NCBI GenBank assembly: GCA_963716175.1
Contig: OY970296.1
Span: forward strand, 2,464,001-2,528,000
Origin: an uncultured Armatimonadetes bacterium
GTDB taxonomy: Bacteria; Armatimonadota; Hebobacteria; Hebobacterales; Hebobacteraceae
DNA: 64,000 bases
Reading direction: 5' to 3'
Of the stretch, positions 58,664 to 64,000 are shown in pieces. Below the pieces are notes generated by a model. That model did no database searches and was not told where the DNA came from. It saw only the letters and a list, made by a program, of their open reading frames with translations. Position 1 is the stretch's first letter. Each line of letters begins with the position of its first letter. The translations under genes and the position numbers were made by a program.

Positions 58664-60064
58664 GTGATTCATCTAGTCGGTACCAACCACAAACGGACCT
58701 CAGTGGATGGCCGGGAGCGGTTGGCCTCGGGCCAGGGCCCGGCCGCAGAGTTGGTAGCTAGCGCGCGGGCTGACCTGGGTGCCCGCGAGTGCGTGCTGTT
58801 GGCCACCTGCAACCGATTTGAGGCCTACTTCCTGGCCTCCCCCCATCTCTTTGACCCTACGGCAGCGAGGAGCCTGTTCGGGGCCGGGGTTGCCGGCGGC
58901 GAAGTGTTGGCCGCCGACAGCATCTACTACCATAGCGGGCGCGAGGCCGTCGCCCACTTGCTCACCGTGGCTTCCGGCCTGGACTCTATGGTGCTGGGTG
59001 AGCATGAGATCCTTGGCCAGGTCAAATCTGCCCTGGCGGGAGCGCTGGAGCGGAAGCAAGCCGGCCCCACCCTCACCCGTCTCTTCCAGCACGCGGTGAG
59101 GACCGGCAAACGGGCGCGGCGGGAAACGGCCATCTCCCGCGGCATCTTCTCTCTGGGCCAGTGCGCCGCTCGGGTGGCGGAGGGAGTGTTGGGCGACCTG
59201 GAGGGCAAGCGGGTGCTGATGCTGGGAGCCGGCCGGATGGCCAAGATGACTGGCAAACACCTCGCGGCCTTCGGCGCCCGGCCCATCGCTGTTTTCAGCC
59301 GCACTCCCGAGAGGGCCAGGGATCTGGCCGCGGCGCTGGGCGGCCAGGCCATCGGCGGCACTGAACTCATCGGAGCTCTGCAGACTGCTGACATCCTGAT
59401 CGGATGCGCGGCCGCCCCTCACCATATCATCGGTCGGCCCCAGGTCGAGCAGGCGCTTGAGGGCCGCCAGCACCGGCCCCTGGTGGTGATTGACCTGGGG
59501 GTGCCCAGAAACGTGGATCCCGCGGTCAGACCCCTCGCTGGGGTGAATCTCTTCGACCTGGACGACTTGGAGGCAGTGGTGGCCGAGAACGCAGAGGCGC
59601 GGGAGGCCGAGATCGAGCGGGTCCGCGCCATCGTCGCGGAGGAGACGGCCGAGTTCGAGCGCTGGCACGCCCGCGCCCGGGCCGCCGCGATCGTCGCTCG
59701 GCTTCAGGCAAAGGCAGAGGAGGTGCGCCAGGAGTGCCTGAGAAAGGTGGCGGGCAAGCCGCTTGGGGAGGGTGATGCGTCCACCCTCGACTATCTCACC
59801 GACTTGCTGGTGAGGAAGCTGCTTCACCGCCCCCTGGTCGCGCTGCGGGAAGCGGTTGGCGAAGAGCCTGGCGAGGCTGACCTCGACCTGACCAGCGCGG
59901 TTGCCAGGCTGTTTGACCTGGCCGAATCCAGCCAGCCTGAGGTCTTGGAGCAGCCTGCTGACGAGCGCGCCACACCGACGGCGGACGATCCCGCTACACC
60001 GACGGCGGGCGAGACCTCCAGACGGCCGGCGGGCAAGCTTCGGGGGGCGGGTGGCCGATCCTGA
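58664..60064 (+). CDS. hemA: Glutamyl-tRNA reductase
   Basis: VGTNHK, catalytic TCNRFE, SGLDSMVLGEHEILGQVK, GK.AR.ET.I, LGAGRMA, IDLGVPRNVD. Confidence 0.96.
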   Translation: MIHLVGTNHKRTSVDGRERLASGQGPAAELVASARADLGARECVLLATCNRFEAYFLASPHLFDPTAARSLFGAGVAGGEVLAADSIYYHSGREAVAHLLTVASGLDSMVLGEHEILGQVKSALAGALERKQAGPTLTRLFQHAVRTGKRARRETAISRGIFSLGQCAARVAEGVLGDLEGKRVLMLGAGRMAKMTGKHLAAFGARPIAVFSRTPERARDLAAALGGQAIGGTELIGALQTADILIGCAAAPHHIIGRPQVEQALEGRQHRPLVVIDLGVPRNVDPAVRPLAGVNLFDLDDLEAVVAENAEAREAEIERVRAIVAEETAEFERWHARARAAAIVARLQAKAEEVRQECLRKVAGKPLGEGDASTLDYLTDLLVRKLLHRPLVALREAVGEEPGEADLDLTSAVARLFDLAESSQPEVLEQPADERATPTADDPATPTAGETSRRPAGKLRGAGGRS

Positions 60065-60089
60065 TCTGATTGTACGGAGAGAGGGCGAA

Positions 60090-63008
60090 GTGGCTGACGC
60101 TTGGGTGTGGTTCCGAAGAAGGGCAGTCGGCAAGATCGTGGGAGTGAGTCTGGCGGCCGGGGTTTGCGCAGTGGTGCTGTTCTTTCCCGGCGGCCTGGTG
60201 GTGCGGGCCGAGGAGCAAGCAAAGGCCCCCATATCGGGGACGGCCGCGGTGTGCGCGGGCTGCCACCCCGAGGCGGCACAGAGCTGGGCGAACAGCCTGC
60301 ATCGCCGCACCGTTGGCGCGCCCCAGCTCAAGAGTGAGTGGCAGGGCTGCGCTGCCTGCCATCGCGGCGCCAGCGAGCACCTCGCCGATGTCACTGATGT
60401 GAGCAAGCGGCCCACCCTGGCGAACCTGACCCCGGACCAGATCACCGACCTCTGTCAGACCTGCCACCGCGGCGGCAAGCAGGCGCTGTGGATGCTCTCG
60501 CCGCACTCTCGCACCAAGGAGGCCTGCCTCACCTGTCACGATCCTCACGGTGTCAACCCGGATCACATGCTCAAGGCTCCCGAGGTCGAGCTCTGCCGGC
60601 AGTGCCACCCGACCCAGGTGGCGGAGGGAAATCTGCCCTCCCATCATCCCATCCAAGAAGGGAAGATGACCTGCTCCGACTGCCATAACGTGCATGGAGA
60701 AGAGCGCGGGACTCTGCCAGAGGCCACCAATGGCGAGATGTGCTACCGCTGCCATGCCGACAAGCAGGGCCCTTTCATTGCCGAGCATCCGCCGGTGACC
60801 GAGGATTGCACCATCTGCCACCGGCCGCACGGCTCGCCCGTGGACAACTTACTGGTGGAAGACATGCCCATGCTCTGCCTCCAGTGCCATAGCGGCCACG
60901 GCAGCAACCACCGTGATGCCCTGGTTCCAGTGACCACCGATCCCGCCGGCGTGGCCAACGGCCTGCAGGCCATCGGCGCCTTCTACACCAGGTGCACCAG
61001 TTGCCACAGCCGCATCCACGGCACCGATCTGCTCTCACAGAGGGGGGAACCGGTCTTCATGCCAGGCACTCCGCTCGCGCCGCTGGGATCGGAGGAAATC
61101 GGGACCGCGATGAAGGCCGCCGCCCTTGACCAGAGCCTGTGGGGCTTCAGCTATGTGGACGTGGGGCGGTTCGATCAAGACAACAACCCCCAGTTCGTCC
61201 GGGAGTGGGATGGCAAGGACTACAACGTGCCCACCTCCCGCCTCAGCATCGTCAAGTACGGCCAGCAGGACGACTTGCGTTTCGAGGCCACTGACCTGCC
61301 CCGGGGCGACCAGGAGATCAGGCTGCGTTTCGGCAGCCCGCGCTACGACGTGCAGATCAGGCAGTCCGGCCTTACCCACCGCCTGGGACGTTTCGATGAG
61401 AATGTGGACGTCATGGTCCCGGCCTTCCCGTCGCACGGGAGCAGCACCTATCAGGTCAACACCACTGACCTGACAGACGGCGAGAATGACTTCAGAATAA
61501 ACCGGACCTTGGTAGACGCGCGCCTCGCCGCGCGCTGCCCCAGGCTGCCCTACGCCAAGCTCCTCCTGAACTACTGGCAGGCGGCGGAAACGGGGACCAG
61601 GCAGTTTCTGTTCGTAAGTCATTGCACCGCTTGCCACAAGATCCAGACCGCGGAGCCCATTGACCGCATCACCACCATCACCGAAGGAGGCGCCCAACTC
61701 GATTTCCCCAAGGCCTCTTTGCGCTATCTGCGAGGCCACGAGGAGTTCAGCAACCGCGCTCCCGAGAGCTACTTCACTTTCGCCGGTGCAGGACCGGTCT
61801 TCGCCGGCACTGCCCCCCTCTTCGGGGTGGCCAGCACCCGCGCCGACACCAACGACCTTCGCGGCTCGGCCGCCATTGGCGACCGCGTCAGCGTGGCCGC
61901 GCTATGGCGGACCCGAGACCGGAGGGACCTGCTGGGCAATGGGACGATCAACATCAGCAGCGCCGGCGGCGGCGCCACTTACGCCCTGTCACCCCATCTG
62001 CGGCTGCAGACTAGCGCCTTCCGGCGTCGCCTGAACACGTCGCCGCTGCTCGAGGAGGGCATCGCCCGGGACCGGGATACCACCCGGGCCGACCTGCGGT
62101 TCACCGGCCTGCCCCACACCATTGTCAACGTAGGCTATGAGGTAGAGGCGGTGCGTCGGGCCGACGAGCGGGCGCTGGTGCCGGACAGGAGCGATTCCAG
62201 CATCTGGAGCAGCTCGCTCCTCTTCCGGCCGCTCTCTCGACTCTCACTGCAAGTTCGCTACAGGAATACCAAGACCGATCAGAGGGACTTCTTCGATCCC
62301 ACGGCCCCGCCCGCCCAATTCGGCGCGCGGCTGCTTGGCCTGCCCACCGATGGCACTCTGCTCTCCGCCGTGCTCAGCTATAGCCTGCGCAGCAATACCA
62401 TGCTGAGCGGGATGTACAACCGGCAACGCGACATCTTCGAGGAAACCGCGCCGGAGTTGGGGATCTTCAACCAGGTTGAGCAGGAGACCAGGAGCTGGGG
62501 CAGCCAGCTAGTGCACAACCGCGGGCGCAGCCAGCTCAGCGCCGGCTACTACCGCCAGGACGGCAGCAACCTCACCAACGCCATCTACGGCAAGGATACC
62601 TTCACGCTCGCGCCTCCGCTGGTCGAGTCCTCGGTGGACTTCCCGCCGATTGACTCGCACGTCGCCTACGACTACCGAGCTACCATCGAGACTCTGGACG
62701 GCTCGACCTGGCTGACTTCGCGGGTGCGGCTCTTTGGGCGCTATGCTCGCACCCAGACCGACGGCCGGGAAAGGCTAAACGACCTGGGAGATTATCTCGA
62801 TCAGAACCCTGATCTGAACGGCGTGGCCGTCATCCTGAACCCCTTCGATATCGAGATCCTGGATCGCTGGTGTGGGGTAGGCTACGCCGTAGACAGGGAC
62901 ACCGAAGTAGTGCTCAGTCAGCAGCGTCGCTCCTGGGATGACGCCGCCAATCCCTCCCATGATGGCGCTTACACCCTGTGGCGACTTGGTCTGCGCAAGC
63001 AGTTCTAA
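60090..63008 (+). CDS. DmsE/MtrA-type decaheme cytochrome c fused to an outer-membrane beta-barrel with one extra CXXCH
   Basis: GTG after GGAGAGAGG; signal peptide ending VRA; ten CXXCH at 60252-61007; about 620 aa of amphipathic strands with CTACH at 61623; ends LRKQF. Confidence 0.88.
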   Translation: MADAWVWFRRRAVGKIVGVSLAAGVCAVVLFFPGGLVVRAEEQAKAPISGTAAVCAGCHPEAAQSWANSLHRRTVGAPQLKSEWQGCAACHRGASEHLADVTDVSKRPTLANLTPDQITDLCQTCHRGGKQALWMLSPHSRTKEACLTCHDPHGVNPDHMLKAPEVELCRQCHPTQVAEGNLPSHHPIQEGKMTCSDCHNVHGEERGTLPEATNGEMCYRCHADKQGPFIAEHPPVTEDCTICHRPHGSPVDNLLVEDMPMLCLQCHSGHGSNHRDALVPVTTDPAGVANGLQAIGAFYTRCTSCHSRIHGTDLLSQRGEPVFMPGTPLAPLGSEEIGTAMKAAALDQSLWGFSYVDVGRFDQDNNPQFVREWDGKDYNVPTSRLSIVKYGQQDDLRFEATDLPRGDQEIRLRFGSPRYDVQIRQSGLTHRLGRFDENVDVMVPAFPSHGSSTYQVNTTDLTDGENDFRINRTLVDARLAARCPRLPYAKLLLNYWQAAETGTRQFLFVSHCTACHKIQTAEPIDRITTITEGGAQLDFPKASLRYLRGHEEFSNRAPESYFTFAGAGPVFAGTAPLFGVASTRADTNDLRGSAAIGDRVSVAALWRTRDRRDLLGNGTINISSAGGGATYALSPHLRLQTSAFRRRLNTSPLLEEGIARDRDTTRADLRFTGLPHTIVNVGYEVEAVRRADERALVPDRSDSSIWSSSLLFRPLSRLSLQVRYRNTKTDQRDFFDPTAPPAQFGARLLGLPTDGTLLSAVLSYSLRSNTMLSGMYNRQRDIFEETAPELGIFNQVEQETRSWGSQLVHNRGRSQLSAGYYRQDGSNLTNAIYGKDTFTLAPPLVESSVDFPPIDSHVAYDYRATIETLDGSTWLTSRVRLFGRYARTQTDGRERLNDLGDYLDQNPDLNGVAVILNPFDIEILDRWCGVGYAVDRDTEVVLSQQRRSWDDAANPSHDGAYTLWRLGLRKQF

Positions 63009-63107
63009 TGAATGTCGCCCAAAGAAGTAACGGGCGACATTCATCAGAAAGCCAGGGAATGCCTGAAGAAAGACGTTCGCGCAGTGTTACTTCATTGCGC
63101 GAACGTC
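63008..63107 (+). repeat. Twin-hairpin element, copy 2
   Basis: ATGAATGTCGCCC-aaagaagtaac-GGGCGACATTCAT and GACGTTCGCGCA-gtgttacttcat-TGCGCGAACGTC. Confidence 0.8.
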
Positions 63108-63136
63108 GGTAGCTGACCGAGGAGTCTGCTTCCCCT

Positions 63137-64000
63137 TTGCCGAGAGTGACGGAGAGCCTGAGAGAGGGGGGCGCTGCCGCCCAGAGCAGCGCCCCCTCGG
63201 TCGAACGCGGGTCGCCCGCCTCCGGCGGGCTGGCCCGCATGGCCTCGGTGAGGCTGACCCTGTGGCTGCTGGCCGTGCTCACTATCGGCATGGCCCTGGC
63301 GACTCTCATCCCCTGGGGCGTGCACCGCTTCGCGTGGCTGGAGCCGCTGGTGGCGAAGACCACCTTGCGCAACATCTATGGGTCCTGGTGGTTCATCGGT
63401 GCCTTTGGTCTGCTCGCAGTCAACCTGTTGGCGTGCAGCATCCAGCGCACCGGACAGTTGCTGCGCCAAGGCCAGTTGCCGGAGGGACCTATCACCCGGG
63501 CGCAAGTGCTCGCCCGCGGGCATCAGGCGCGCTGGCGCGTCCCGCGGGATGGAGAAGAGGTGGCGAGCATCCTGGCCGCCTCCCTCCATCGGCGCGGCTA
63601 CCAGGTTGCGGCTCTGCCGGGCGAGAACGGTCACCGCGGGCTGGCCGCGAGGCGCGGCCGGCTGGCGCCTTGGGCGCCGGTGATCGTGCATGTCGGGATG
63701 GTGATCGTCCTGCTGGGGGCCGCCTGGGGGCGGCTGCCGAGTCACACCTACCGGACGGCCGCCGCCCTGCAGCCAGGCGAGACCTTCCCGGTCACCATCG
63801 GCGAGGACGCCTTCGGGCTGCGGCTGGTGGACGCCGGCGCCAAGCGCGACGCCAGGGGGCAGCCCAGCGACTTCTGGGCGCGCGTGGAGCTGATGGAGGA
63901 GGGCAGGGCGGTTCGCGCCGAGACCGTCCGGCCCAACCATCCCCTCCGCTACCACTCCGTGAGCATGGTGCTGCAGAGCATCATGCCCGCGGGATATAGC
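63137..64000 (+). CDS. resB: Cytochrome c biogenesis protein ResB/Ccs1 (runs off the window; absent from the ORF track; start 63137, 63146 or 63239)
   Basis: Manual translation: MASVRLTLWLL..ATLIP..NIYGSWWF...LLAVNLLACSIQR...RGRLAPWAPVIVHVGMVIVLLGA..VRPNHPLRY. Confidence 0.88.
   Translation, partial: MPRVTESLREGGAAAQSSAPSVERGSPASGGLARMASVRLTLWLLAVLTIGMALATLIPWGVHRFAWLEPLVAKTTLRNIYGSWWFIGAFGLLAVNLLACSIQRTGQLLRQGQLPEGPITRAQVLARGHQARWRVPRDGEEVASILAASLHRRGYQVAALPGENGHRGLAARRGRLAPWAPVIVHVGMVIVLLGAAWGRLPSHTYRTAAALQPGETFPVTIGEDAFGLRLVDAGAKRDARGQPSDFWARVELMEEGRAVRAETVRPNHPLRYHSVSMVLQSIMPAGYS

Noticed and set aside
61100-63008. Selenocysteine in the barrel domain
   Set aside because: No in-frame TGA in the ORF.
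949-63955. Many long antisense or alternate-frame ORFs (e.g. 16075-17415, 33302-34765, 54465-55868, 58700-60445, 63092-63955)
   Set aside because: Expected shadows in high-GC DNA; they overlap well-supported genes and lack motifs.

Overview
High-GC bacterial chromosomal segment. Gene content (DUF6785-type transporter, several UroD-like, creatininase and Gfo/Idh/MocA genes) suggests Armatimonadota, which is an inference only. From left to right: a MoxR/DUF58/DUF4350/DUF4129/SpoIIM/RDD cluster interrupted by a REP-associated tyrosine transposase; a small foreign-looking islet next to an isolated tmRNA 3' fragment; a sensor kinase, a B12 radical SAM gene and a DUF4258/DUF2283 pair; a tetrapyrrole operon (AhbD/NirJ-like radical SAM, double FAD oxidoreductase, two-component pair, sirC-hemC fusion, cobA-hemD, hemB); sugar catabolism genes; a chaperone-usher-like pilus operon under a c-di-GMP-I riboswitch; and hemA followed by one ~972-aa ORF that fuses an MtrA/DmsE-type decaheme cytochrome to an outer-membrane beta-barrel carrying an 11th CXXCH, then resB. 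This one-polypeptide porin-cytochrome candidate is the most notable item. Also notable are a two-copy twin-hairpin element with compensatory stem changes and mutually complementary loops, and a dispersed 24-nt element found in frame inside genes. Three single-base frameshifts suggest assembly indel errors, so all fusions need read-level confirmation. Family assignments come from motif recognition by eye; no searches were run.
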